The position numbers and the translations under genes are program-made. A stretch of 64,000 nt of DNA from Eledone cirrhosa (taxonomy: Eukaryota), in the NCBI GenBank assembly GCA_964016885.1, contig OZ024743.1:64976001-65040000 (forward strand), given 5' to 3'. Shown one piece after another: positions 1 through 19,350 of the stretch. The notes beneath the pieces were generated by a model that searched no databases, was not told the DNA's origin, and saw only the letters and a list, made by a program, of their open reading frames with translations. Position 1 is the stretch's first letter. Every line of letters begins with the position of its first letter.

Positions 1-694
1 GCGCAGCCCTAACACCGCTGCACCCTAGGCCTAAAGCTCATCACCCTCCCGCTTCCATTCTTCTCTGACCCTAGAGCTCTTGCCTTTTCCTTCCTTTTCT
101 GTTTTTAATTATTTTGAATTTGTAGCAGATACATATTCAATCTATTTCTATTGTAATTTTATCTCTTTCAATAAATTATATATTACGTCATAAAAAAACA
201 TTACATAGATGTTCACCATATATGTACAAATGGCATACAGGATTAAATGTATGAGTAACTTAAGAAAAATAACAATTTACTGGGACAATGGCATTTGTCG
301 TCCTTTCCTTTCCTATACAGCCAGATCTGCCTCTCTTTATCCCTTCCCCTTTTTTCATTACTTGATTTTGTTTTTATCCTTTTATTAATATTTCCATCAT
401 TGTATAACTTTTGTTCAATAAATACAAGGATTTAAAATATGAAAAAAAAGAAAAATAACTTTTTATTGTTGTAACATGACAGATAGGAAATGAAGAGTGT
501 AAGTGCATGTGTCTGTGAGTGTGTTTACATGTGTGTGTTACAAACACATATATATATATATATATCATCATCATCATTGTTTAACATCCATTTTCCACGT
601 TAACATGGGTTAGACAGGTTCTCCCATTAGAGGCAAGTCGTGTGACTGTGTCTTGTTCATATAGAACTGTTTCTGGTTAGGTTCCTAACACCAA

Positions 695-1090
695 CCACGT
701 TTACAGTGCGTGTTGGGTGCTTTTTATCATGACACCTACATGACCACATTTACAGTGTGTGCTAAGTGCTTTTTGTTGTGACTCCTACACGACCACTTTA
801 CGGTGTGTACTGGGTGCCTTTTGTCATGACACCGACACAACCACTTTACAGTGTGCGCTGGGTGCTTTTTGTCATGACACCTACGCAACCACTTTACAAT
901 GTGTACTGGGGGCTTTTTCTCGTAATACCTACAAGACCACTTTACTGTGAGAGCTGGACACTTTTTGTCATGACACCTACATGACCACTTTACTGTGAGG
1001 GCTAGACACTTTTTGTCATGACACCTACAAGACCACTTTACAGTGTGGGCTAGACACTTTGTCATGACACCTACACAATCACTTTACTGC
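695..1090. repeat. About 48-nt minisatellite (roughly 8 units) expanded inside a SINE
   Basis: Unit like CCACTTTACAGTGTGGGCTAGACACTTTTTGTCATGACACCTACAAGA, giving 16-aa periodicity in the spurious ORF. Confidence 0.85.
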
Positions 1091-1191
1091 ATTGGCTGGA
1101 CCCTTTATATATGTATATGTATTATTGGGGTCCATTAACAATAAGACAATTCAGATAGGAACTGCATTGTATGTGTATGTAAATTTTAAAG

Positions 1192-1376
1192 AGTTACAAA
1201 CAGAGATACAAAGCTTGGTTAGCAGCAGCACTGTAGAACCAAAGGGAGCGTTTGCTGTTCCATGCGACATTCCTTCTTCAGGAAAAGCTAGTGAATTGAA
1301 AAGAAGACTTATCTCTGGTCTACTTAATGATATGGAAATAGGATTTGAGGCATTTCCCCATAAGTTAAAATTCTGA
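1192..1376 (+). CDS. Possible terminal coding exon of an unidentified upstream gene (ELQTEIQSLV...KRRLISGLLNDMEIGFEAFPHKLKF*)
   Basis: Unique, protein-like sequence between repeats with a possible acceptor ttttaaag. No recognisable domain, and the - strand is also open. Confidence 0.3.
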
Positions 1377-1496
1377 AGAGTTTTTAAAGTGGTCTGGTAC
1401 TTGTGTCTGATGTAATGGAAGAGGATATGACCACAACCTTTCATCACAGATACTATTCCAGATTATTTGATATTTTTATTATTTTTTTATCATGTA

Positions 1497-1960
1497 GAGG
1501 TATGTGGCCTAGTGGTAAGGGTGTTGGAGTTATTCTCATAATGTTGTGGGTTCGATTTCTGGGTTGGGTTGCATATTGTTTTCTTGAGAAAAACACTTCA
1601 CTTCATGTTGCTCCAGTATACTCAGCTGAAAATGAGTACCAGCAATAGCTGGGGGTTTAACCCTGCAATGAACTGACATCCTGTCCAAGGGGGAGTCTAG
1701 TACTCTCAGTCACTTCACACCACAAAACCGGCCTGATGAGCCTGCAGGCTTGAGACAGGTTTTAAGAAAGACACAGTAGAGGAAGACCACAAAAAACATG
1801 GGTGGAGGTGGTGAGAGCTGACCTCAGATTGCTGAAGTTCACGGAGGAGATGATGAAGGACCATGATGAATGGAGGGATCTGTGCTGAAAAGGACCCATC
1901 CCACCCTTGCAAGCAAGGAAAAGCGGATGTAAAATGATGATGATCATGATGATGATGACT
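1497..1960 (+). mobile_element. tRNA-headed SINE (GTGGCCTAGTGG...GGTTCGATT) followed by an RTE 3' fragment
   Basis: A/B box-like head and (GAT)n tail. Similar heads near 46945, 62130 and 62690 (-). Confidence 0.6.
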
Positions 1961-3764
1961 TCCTATCATGTAGAATAAAATACCATCATCAGCATCATCA
2001 CCACTACCACTACCACTAACATTTAATATTTATTTTTCATGTTTCATCATCATCATCATTGTCGTTTTAACGTCCAATTTCCCTGCTAGCAATGGTTGCA
2101 TGGGTTCATATAGACCAAGTCAGTAGCGAAGAGGAGCCACTGATCTCCCTGCCAGACCAGGGATCTGTGTATTTAGGGATCTGTGGAAGGAAGTCACAGT
2201 AGAGGTAGACCAAGAAAGACCTGGGCAGAGGTGGTGGAAGCTGATCTCAACGTGGCAAGTGAAGAGATGCTGTGCTGAGAAGGAACCATCAGTCCCATGC
2301 AAGCATGAAAAAACAGCCGTAATAATGAAGATGATGATGATTCTGGTTCTCTGTACTCTGAGTTTAAAACCTGCTGAGGTCAACTTTGCTTTTCATTCTT
2401 TTGAGGTCGATAAAAAAGTACCAGTTTGGTACTGGGTCATTCCTTTCTCCATATATCTTTCTCATTTCTCTCTTTCTTTGAAAGAAATTGGCTGTATTCA
2501 AACTTAGAGAGAAGATGAACTCCATCACATTAAAAATGCCTCAAGGTGTACTGTATGTCATGACAACATCCCTACTGTTCTATCAAGAATTACATGTACA
2601 TATACGCACACACACATACATAGTGAGCAGCAATGGGTTAGTCTGAGGAGCAAGGGAAGAAGTATCTGAAACCTTTTTCTTTAGAACCCCTGTGACTGAA
2701 GGGAAAGAATTGTAGGGATTTATCCACAGGCTGGAGACCTGCTTAGAATGTTTAAAACAGAGTGTACATCGGCACATTGTAAAGGTACTTATGAGCCAGT
2801 GCCATGATAACACACCCAGTAAAACAGTTTGTGATAGGAAGGGTTTTCAGCCATAGAAAATCGGCCAAACAAAGGGTTGAGAGGACTCTTCAACTGTGTC
2901 AAAGATGTGATAACCTCCCTAGTGCCAGTGCTATGATAAAATGTACTTAATATGGGAACCTAGTAGAATGTCAGGGTTGGATAAAGACCTTGGGAGTGCC
3001 CAGGGCACTTCAAGTTTGGGGAGCCCCTCATACACAAAAAATTAGAATACTCAGCAAATCCCCCAATTTTACATATGAAAGTTAGCTTGGCGCAAGTAAT
3101 TACAATTCAAAAATTCTAACCATTCTAAAACTAAAAAGCGCAGCTGAGGGCACAAACAAATTGCTATGGCTGTCACTGGTGGGGGCTTCCACTGCTTGGG
3201 GCCTGGGGCAATTGCCCCATCTGCCCCCCCCCCCCCCCTAAATCCAGCCCTGTAGAGTGTGGGAACATCTGAGAGGTCAGTAGCTTTGCTTGAGTACTGG
3301 CTGGTTTGTAATAACCCAGTCAACTCTTGCTAGCAGGGAAAAAGGATGTTAAATGATGATGAATGTGTACAAAGAGGCTTGGTCTACATGCCTTTTGTGT
3401 CAATAAAGAGAGAGAAATGGAAGTGTTCACACATCTATTAACTATACATTGGCTTTGAGCCAGTGGGTGGTCCTATACATGATGGCTCGACTTACTAAAA
3501 ATAGAAGCCAAATTTTTCAAATCAACCTCTTGCCAGCATAATCGGGAGAGGCTGCATTAGATATCATACTATACTATATAGCTCTAAAAAGACAGGATGG
3601 TTATGTCAGGATTACTGATCACGTTAGACCTTACAGTTTTTATTTTTTATTTTTACCTGTGAGCACATGAAGAAGAGAGGTGTCAATCATCTGAACCAAA
3701 TAAACAAAACTCTGTTAGATAATGGATAATATACAATGGTAGAATACTAATGCGAATACAAGTG

Positions 3765-4170
3765 GCTGAAATGGAGGTCCTCCAAAGGGTTTTTGGAGTA
3801 ACGTTACTTCATAGAGTGTGTAGCTCGGAGATCAGAGAGTCACTCCAGATAAAGCAGCTACTTCTCCGAATTGAGAGATCACAGCTCTGATACTATGTGC
3901 ATATGGTTAGGATGTCACAGGCAAGAATCACTGGACAGATTTTATGGGCAAAACCAACCAGCAGGTGACCCAGGGATAAACCCCGAGTAAGATGGTTGGA
4001 TAACAACTATGAGCTTGGCTGGAGATGCTTGGGGATTCAGCTGGATCAGTTGGAGGTGGTTGCTTCTGACATGACTGGCTGGAAAGTGTGTTTGAGGACT
4101 CTGCCCTCACGACCCTCCCAGGAATAAGTGGGTGAAGAAGAAGGAGAAGGAGGAGGGAGAAGAAGAAGAG
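3765..4170 (+). mobile_element. Decayed RTE-like LINE 3' fragment, second family (related copy at 54420-54660 + 55700-55940)
   Basis: Degenerate RIQVAEM..LQRV.G...H.VRM....RPR..W translation, a (GAA)-rich tail, and similarity to the copy in intron 12. Confidence 0.6.
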
Positions 4171-5679
4171 TAACAATAGCTACAATTCTCAATCGAGTAT
4201 AACTTGGTCGTATGTACCATGCTTTCACTAAGAGTTCTCTGTGTCCATGTAAGCCTGTAGACACCTTGTTGACCCTCACTCCTTTAATCTAGCAGAACAT
4301 GCAGTATGTGACAGCTGGAAGGAGAGAGGACTGCACCTGCACACAGGCTGGTCCTTACTTTATCGACCTCGAAAGAATGGAAAGCAAAATGTATCTCAGA
4401 AGGATTTTGAACTTATAACGCAGAGAACCAGGACAAATACTTAATGCTTTACCGACTCTGCTAAATCGATCGCCATGGTAGAATAGTAGCAGTTAAGACC
4501 ATGAGCGTTGTGAATAGCCATGTTAAATAAAAAGACGCTTTATACATACATACTTATATATATATATATATATATAATGGGGTGGGGGGCAAATTTGGTT
4601 GTAGAGATTAGTTTAGCTGTTATTATCAAATACCAACCAAGATATTAAAAAAAAAAAAAATTCGATATGCGACAAACATAACATGTACTTAAAATGTAGC
4701 GCATATATAAATAGATGTGTTTTGGTAGTTTGGGAAGAAAAATATAATCATTGTGTGTATGGGGGGGGGGGGGGGGGGGGGCTGCCCCCCCTGGCCCTTC
4801 CAGTTCCACGGCCCGCCCCTGTATATATTTAACGAGGGTAGCATAAATGAAATCCAAAAGGACCTGAGTTGCTTACTATCGCCTTTTATTTATTTTTAGT
4901 GCTATCGTCTCAACAGTCTTTGGAAAATATTAGAACGCCTTCAAGTCAAATTTTGGTCTTGTTTTAAGTTACTATATTTTTTATAATATCGTAATATTCA
5001 AGCAAAATACCCAGACATTTGTGGTTTTAATTCACTCTCTCTTGTGAATTTAATGTGTGTGTTTGCATATATATAGTGAGTTGTTTTATTTATATATATT
5101 CACACATTTCTATAATTTATTTAAGGCATTGTCAGTATATAGATTCAAAGGTGAATGTTGACACTACATTGCTTGTTAGAACAGAGCAGACGAAATCGTC
5201 ACATCTATGTTTGAGCAAAATAAATAAAATTACCATGACATAATATATAATATATAATATATATATCTCCTTATTATTATTATATATCCGCCGAGGTTGA
5301 CTTTGCCTTTCATCCTTACGGGGTCGATAAAATAAAGTACCAGTAATGAACTGGGTAATTGCTGGCCTTGTGCCTAAAGTAGAAACAATTATTATATATA
5401 TATATATATATATAAAAGCGAGTGAAGTAAATATAAGATGTGGGGAAACAAATAAAAGTATATATCAATACTTCTATTCCCAGGAGGCTTTTGCATTTAT
5501 TTTGACACAAACAAATTACAAATCACTCAAGTTTATAATGGTTCGTTTCGTCAACAAAATTAAATGACTATTGAGTAACGGAGGAGAGACGTGCCGGGAG
5601 GAAAAAATAAATCTCCATCTCTAAATCTATAGTCACTATCAACCTGTCTGTTTGTTAACTATCTATTTTAGCCCCGTTT

Positions 5680-6270
5680 TACTCTCTCTACACACTTCCT
5701 CTTTTGTCTGTGACTGTCTTCCTTTACTCTGATAATTCTTACATACTACATACACTCTTTCTTTCTTTTCTCTCACTACCACCATTCTTTATCTATCTCT
5801 TTCCTCTCACCTCTACCATTCTCTCTCTCTCCCTTACACTGCTTGACTAACTATCACTCTCTGTCTTACTGCCTCACGAATTCTTTCTCTCTCTTTCCTC
5901 TCACCTTTACCATTCTTTTTCTCTCTCACTTGACTATCACTCTCTGTCTCTCTCTCTCTGACTGCTTGACTAACTATTACCCTCACTCTCTGTCTCACTC
6001 CCACAACATCACTTTCCCTCCCACTCCCCGTCTTGCTAAATGTCTCTCCAGCCCCTACTCCCTCACAATGTTTCACTAAATTTCTCTCTCTGTCTCCCTC
6101 ACTGTCAGACCCGCTCCCACTCAGTCTCTCTGGCTCATTGCTTCCCTAAGTATCACTCCGACTTTCACTCATACTGTCTGCCACACTCACTCAAGTTCGA
6201 GTTAAATCCCCCCCCTCTCTCTCTTGAAAACATTATTCACTCCTTCACTTCATTTTATTTCTTCACTCAC
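5680..6270. repeat. CT-rich low-complexity tract upstream of the candidate promoter
   Basis: Pyrimidine-rich (CT/CA) sequence with short internal duplications. Confidence 0.7.
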
Positions 6271-6354
6271 ACACACGTCACTTCCGGTCTGCATCCGGGT
6301 CTTGAATTAGTCATGGTGGATGCGAATTTCTTTTAGCGGGTTGAAGAGGTAAGT
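6270..6354 (+). promoter_or_regulatory. Candidate promoter and first exon (ETS-like CACTTCCGG; strong donor GAG|GTAAGT at 6348/49)
   Basis: CpG-containing patch after a CT-rich tract, ETS core at 6279-6287 and a consensus 5' splice site. Confidence 0.45.
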
Positions 6355-7099
6355 ACACAGAATAATTGTGTGTATCGCTACAACATTTGGCTATTTAGTT
6401 CATCTTGGATATATTTATTAAGGCAAACTTAAGATCAAGATGAAAATGTTTACAATAATGCAGCAGGCCAAATGACTCGAGTTAAATACGAATCTAAAAT
6501 GAGTTTATGTCTAAGCACAACGGTTTGGTTGAAGATTAAACAAAAAAATGTGTTGAATTTTTCACACCCGACTATCATTTTAGCTGTATCTTTTGCTTTT
6601 TCCCTCACTATTATTTTTGTTAAATATTAAAGAATATATCTATATACATACATTTAGATGAAAGTGTATTAAGCTACATATTTGACTTACGCAAAAAAAG
6701 ATTAACCGTTTGATATTTTCCTCTTCGAAATTGTCTCGTAATATGCAAGTAACCCTATCATTTCGGTGAAAGTATTATTGCTCTGTAAATTCTGGGTCAT
6801 GTTTCTTATGATTAGATTTGGTATTGAAAACAAGGAACATAGGCATATTACATATGCACACATACACATATATATATATACTTACATTAATAATGGCAAC
6901 AATAATAATGGTAATAATGAAATTTCAAAAAAGAGACCTGGGCAGACTAGAGCAAAAAATATATCTGAAACCATGGAACTATACCACCTTCTTCTAAAAC
7001 CTGTTTATAAACAACTGATGCTACTCAAATCATATGCCTTCTCTTTAAAACCTGCTGCTTGTGTGTGTGAATATATATATATTATATAAATACACATAG

Positions 7100-7134
<35 letters not shown>

Positions 7135-8795
7135 CACAGATATGTGGGCTATGTGTTTTTGCATATATATATTTGTACATATATACATTGATGTATATAT
7201 GTACACACAGATATATGCCTATGTGTTTATGGAAGTGTTATTGCATATATCACATAATATATGCATGTATGTATATTTGCACACACACACACACACATAT
7301 AATCGTGTATTTTTACTGTGGTCTGTTTCCGTTTCTCTTCGGAAAACCATCTTTAATCCTATATATATATATATATATACCTTTCATTTATATATATATA
7401 TATAGACTAGTGGTAGGACGGGTTAGATTTTCTTATCAACTGAGATATTTTGTTTTTCGTCTAGGTATTGTAGTTTTTTTTTCTTTCTTACATTAGCAGC
7501 TTCTTTAAGTTTCGTATTAGATATTTCGTCGTCTTTAAAAATCCTATATATTTTTATAGATAAATATCAGTAATTCATGGATTCCTCTGTAAAAACATTA
7601 CAGGAATTGTAAACAAGATTTATGTCTCCATACACATGTATGTGTGTGCATATGTATAAATGCGTGTGTGTGTGTGTATGTATATATTTGTCTGTATATA
7701 TATATATCTCTATATATATATAGATGTGTGTGTGTGTGTATATATATATGTATATTTATATATGTGTGTGTATATATATGTATATATATTGCAATTCTGA
7801 TACATCCTCACATTTTGTCAATAATCAATTTAGTTAGCTTCTTTTTTCAAAACTGAAGTAGGCGTGAGTTCATCGTGGAACCATTTCTCATTGTTTGCTG
7901 TTTGGTGTCCTCATTTAAGCTGCTATTTTTCCTATTGTCCTTCCTTCATGTAAAATGGTGCAGTGTACTATATATATATATATGTACATACAGATTATTA
8001 TAGGTTCACACTTGTGTGGGAATTGCAATAATGCGAAAAAGAAAACAAGAAAATAAAACGTACTCAATACTCATTAAGTAGTGGAATTTATTCCAACACT
8101 GACTGTATACGAGTCGCTACTCGGATTGTCTATTTGTATGTATATGCATGTAGTCGGTTTCTCATACCTTATCCTCCTATGCATTTTTCTATACGTATAT
8201 ATGTATATACACATTTTTTGCATTTTCCAATCGTGAGGTTCTGGGTTCGGTCACATTACGCGGCATTTTTTGGTTGGTGTATTTTGCCATGGTTTTAGCT
8301 CAACCGAAGCCATGTGAGTCAAATTGGTGTGGACAGACACCGGACACACACCAGACGAACTATATAATTTGTGTTCTGTCCTGTAACACTGTTCGACACG
8401 GATTCTACCACAGAATTATGTTAAAGGGACACATACCTGTGGAATACTCAGCCACTTTGTGTCCTAATACAATCAGTTCACGACTAGAGAATCTTACATG
8501 CTTCTCAACAGGAGAGTTTACCACGTCTATATGTGTATATATATGTACGTGTGTGTGAATTATGTGTAAATACTTATTTGTATGTGAATTATGTGTAAAT
8601 ACTTATGTTTGTGTGTGTGTATGTACACCTATGTTTTTTAGAATAGGTTCACTGCATCCCAGCGTGTCATAATTGGTGACTGAAAGGGTTGACGTCAGAG
8701 AGGACCTCCAGGTGCAAAACACTGCTGCAAGAACGTCTGATCTATGCATGCATGGAAAAGCAGCTGTGAAAAACTTGGTGATATGCACGTATATT

Positions 8796-8856
<61 letters not shown>

Positions 8857-11070
8857 GCACATGTATGTATATGTACTCATGCACATCATATCAACATTTT
8901 TCCAGTGACGAGGAGCAGTATTTGAACTCAGAGCTTGAGAAAATACGGCAAGGGCTTCTAACAATCCTACCGATCGGCGCTGAATGATGCAAGTCTTAGA
9001 TGATATATACGTGTGTGTGTGTGTGTCAAGTGGTTGATGATGGGAATGGTATCAAGCCATAGAAAAGGTTTGGGAAGACTTTTCAGGTGTGCCATAGACA
9101 TAACCTCCCTAGTGTTGGTACCACAATAAGGGTCAGAGGCTCTGCTTGAGTATTGACCAGTCTGACCAACACTTGTATACAGTGAAAACATGTTACACGA
9201 TCACAATGATGGTGATCTATACATGGAAAAGTAGATAAGTAATGATGTACATGAGTGCATATGTATTATCATCATCATCACCAGGATCATGATATGCATA
9301 TATATATATATGTGTGTGTGTAGTTGTCTTCTATGATACACAGATTATGGTGTATCTTTTTAAAAAACTAAGACACGGACCCACACATATATGTGAAATG
9401 CTACTTATTAACAAAAAGCCACTCTCAGATAAGTTTTGGAACGAGTGAAACAATTTTTTTCATTTGATAAATAACATATATATGAATATATATAGAAGTC
9501 AATTATAATCATGGCTAAAATTCTCGTTCGTCAGTTGTCTACTGGGTGTCTTTGTAGTTTCTGATACTGTTGGGTGAAGAAGTGCCAGGAGATCTCAGGG
9601 GAAGGAAGCTGCTGTACAGGAGGACCAAGGAAGTCTTAGCTGATCTCAAAATACTGAGCAACAGAGTAAATGACGAAACACAATAGGTGGAAGGAAGCTT
9701 TGCTGGAAAAATGAACTTAAAAGGAGGATGATGTTGATCCTGGTATTTTAGAATAGGTATCCCTGTGTGTTGTAATAGGTGACTAAATCAGTTGAGCATC
9801 TGGCTGTAAAACACTGCCTCAAAATTTCCATCAAATGCTCTGACTGATGCCAACCTCATCTTTTTTTAAGTGAGGTACAGATCTTTGCATGTCTAATTGC
9901 TGAGCCTCTGGGATTCTGTTAATGAAGAATGTAAACAAATATCACTCTGCACTGGCAATGTCAAATGGGAAGAAATGAGAAAAGACAGGTGAACACACAT
10001 ATATGTGTGTGTGTGTGTATATATATATATATAGATATATCACAGCAGATGTCATACAGTTTATGTGTACCAAATTCACTTTTTAAGTGTCATGCAGTGG
10101 AATAGGACCTAAGACCATGTGGTTGTGGTTAATAAGTGAACTTAACCACACAGCAATGCCTGAAAGTGTATATACACATAGACATATGTACAGAAATGCA
10201 TTCACGTGTATATGTGTATTTACATATGTTTACATCCATTCAAGGGCACTTAACTTCTGATGGAAACGTCCATATAGATACAGGACTCTGCTCCCATCAA
10301 AGAAATAACCCTGTTTGGTATGCAGAAAAAAGTAGGGAGAAATTCCATACAGTGTCTGTGTACCTGTTGTATAATGTGGATGTACAAAAGGTATTGTGAT
10401 ACCACAGATGCACCAGGGTAGTTAGCATTAAAAGCGCAAATGAAATAAACCCTTTCCAGTCCAAGGAAGGTTCTATAGAAGTAGTTGATAGTTGATAGCT
10501 TCTATTACCTAATTGACAGGGGAGGTGCTCTGAAAGCATAGCAGTCTAAATAAGAATCTGGTGCAAAATGTCAAAGGCGTTACTAACTCTGCTGGGATTC
10601 TCTCTCAGGAAAGGGTAGATTGTATACCGTCTGTGTGCAGAGTGCGATTGTTGTGAGGTGTGTGAATGCAGAGGATATGTAAAGGTGCATTCATGGCAAA
10701 GCACTGATGGGTTGAATGGGGTTTTTTGAGACAATATTTTACAATTGGATGCCTTTCCTAACACCAAAGGTTTTAGTCGCATCTTATGACATGCAGGGAT
10801 TTGGTGTACCTATTCTAAACCAGATACACAGCCATGTATATGTGGGTATCTGTTTGCCTCTTCTCAATATTTGACATCACAGGTGATGTTATTTATTTTA
10901 TGTTCTGCATAAACAGAGATCCCACTCCTCAGTGGCTACATGTGTAGAGATCCATACTTTAAAAATAAGTGAAGATTGGTATCAAGAAGAACATCCATCC
11001 ACAAAATTTTACCTTCTAAAGACTTGTCTAACCCATGCCTGCATGGAAAACGGACATAATACTAATGAAA

Positions 11071-11111
<41 letters not shown>

Positions 11112-12850
11112 TACAAACAACAGAAGGCTGGACTGGAAACTATAATTTTAATTCCGTGAAAACACTATACATATTTCAGTAGCCCAGCTTCTTCATTTGA
11201 ATATGATGCAAGACCCAGACGATTTTATCAGGTGTTAATTGCAGAATTAGTTATATAAGAGACCGGGATTTTGGCAAACGCAATAAAAAAATGAGGACTG
11301 ATTTTAATTCAGGGATGGCTCGCGGATTCCATATTATTGTAACGGTAGGTCATCTTTGAATCAATGGTATATATATATATATATATATAAGAAATGACAA
11401 ACACAGAGATACAAAACCAATTAGTGTTATTAAGTTCATGCTTTATTTAAACTTGGAAATTTTCCTGGCACTTTGGGACTGCAACCATCCAACAATCTTG
11501 ACCCCTGCTGATTACTCGGACTTCAGATTGCGAAAGTATTTTTTGGAAACTATATATGTATGTAGAAAATATCTGTAGGTATGAAGAAAGGAAAATGAAA
11601 ACAGTGCTCAATCCGGAAGAGAGCTGATATGTAATATTAAGCACCTGAAGATTAGGTCACAATTTTGATCCCTCTTACAATCTGGCGATATGGTCAAAAT
11701 TTGGTCTTGGAAATTTTACGTACCACTTTTGTTCCGTGTATGAACATAAATAATATAGTATATATATATTTGCATGTGTGTATGCATGTATATTTTCGTG
11801 TATTAAACTGCTGTGTCCTATATTGAAGCTCTGTTAGTGTCGAGTTGTGGGGAGAGGAGGGGCTTTGGTCTTCTTGTCTTATAGGTGTGACTTCATTAGA
11901 GTAGTTGAGAGAAAGGTGGTCATACTCGATAGCGAATCATTATGCATATAATTGAAATGGTAAAAGCTTAGCTGTCGGGTAAAGAATCTCTTTAATAGTG
12001 TGTTTATATAATATATATATATATAGTCTACGGTGCTGCGATCGAGGAGACCACTTATCGTTGGAGTACTCAGTACATGGAAAGATGCTTGGCGTCGTGG
12101 TCTGGAATTTACATATCTCTCTTTAAAAGCGGACGTAAAATGGTATATATATATAAAGTTTAATATAGAAATGGCTTCTACAGGATTATAACTGTTTCAT
12201 TCAAAAGAAATCATCAGTATACATGGTGTGTGTATGCGTGCGTCTCTCTGTATGTATATCTTTGTGTCCAAACGAAAAAAAAAATGGTGCTCTGAATCAG
12301 TACATTGTATAAAGCCGATTGAACTCCGAGTAATGACCGCTTCTGTCACCAACTGATTACCTGCGCGTCCACACATACACATAATATATATAGTGTGTAT
12401 TTGTCTGGACGCGCAGGTGAATATGTATATACACATATATATATAACTTCTTTTTCTAATTCTATCGATTTATAAAAGTGTGTAGCTTTGTACCAATATA
12501 ATAAATCATAATTATTATTGTTTGTTGTTGATATTGTCATTTACTTTGCTTCGGGTGGGTCACTGTCCGCTTCTAAGAAGAAACTGTATCGTGCTGGAAG
12601 AAGAATTAGCATTGATTTTATTATTATTTAAAGGTGAAGCCAGAAATAGTGGCGAGGGCGGTGGTGATATGTAGTCAGTCAAAAACAGAAGACCATTGGA
12701 ATGGAATCTTTTCGTTTTTTTTTTCATTTTACCTTCTCTCAACACCTCACACCTGCTTTAGCTAACACTTCGGTACTTCACATAGAGACAGGAAACTGAC
12801 TCCATTTCTCTCTATCGCTCTTTTTGTAGTATATCTACTCGCGCGCGCGC

Positions 12851-18328
<5,478 letters not shown>

Positions 18329-18386
18329 AATGGCTGTTAGTGTTTCACTTTTATACTACCTGTCTGAAGACTCATCACATAGCCAT

Positions 18387-18419
<33 letters not shown>

Positions 18420-19303
18420 CCGTATGGGGTTGACTGGGAGATAAGAGTACTCAATACCGAAATAGAGTTTTAATATTTATTTTATTGAGGCTATATTAAA
18501 CAGTTGTTGTCTTGATGACTCTGTGATAAACAGGCGAAACTTCAGAGTAACAAGACTCACTATTTAGCCTTAATAAAATGAATATACCTTTATGTGTGCG
18601 TATAAATATATTTGTATAATGTAATTCTTCATAGAAAAGCTAATCTAGTTGGATATGGCTCTGCTTTGTTTCCTCTCGTACAGTTTTAAATATAACATAA
18701 CTGGTCGTCGTGTATATCTAAGAAAGCAAACGCTTCTGTTCCATTTTCTTATATTTCCCCCCGAATATCATGTTTTTATTTTTTCCTCTTGTCTTGGTCT
18801 CTCTCTCTCTATCGATTGAGACACACTGATATAATATTAATTGTTGCTTGTTTATGTAATATTTCATATACTACACACAAACAATGTAGAAAGTAGTTTC
18901 GTTTTTTCGTAGAAAAATACTTTCATTTTTTTTCTTTCTATATTATAAATAAATCGATTTCGTAAAACCATAACTAAAACAACTCTGAAATAAAAATTAT
19001 TTGTTTTTTCCCCCGTTTGTATTTGTTAATCGGTATTTATTTCTGTATGTATGTTTGTAATTTGATAGGTTTTTTTTTTTAAGTTCTTTGATTATGTATA
19101 AATATCTACTTACGTATGTAGGGTGTGTTTGTGTATGCTTACTACTCTAGTATTTTCTCTCGTTGTGTTTTATATATATATATATATAATGTGTGTCTAT
19201 AATTTCGAATGTATGTTAACTATTTCAAAGCAGGTTTTTGACTATGAAATATAGTCGAATATATAAACCTCTAGAGACGGAAAAAAGTGGACAGCGTCGC
19301 CTG

Positions 19304-19350
<47 letters not shown>

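Noticed and set aside
736-1065. ORF with 16-aa Cys/His repeats resembling zinc fingers, or a CRISPR-like array
   Set aside because: It is a 48-nt head-to-tail minisatellite inside a SINE, with no unique spacers, no cas genes and a eukaryotic context.
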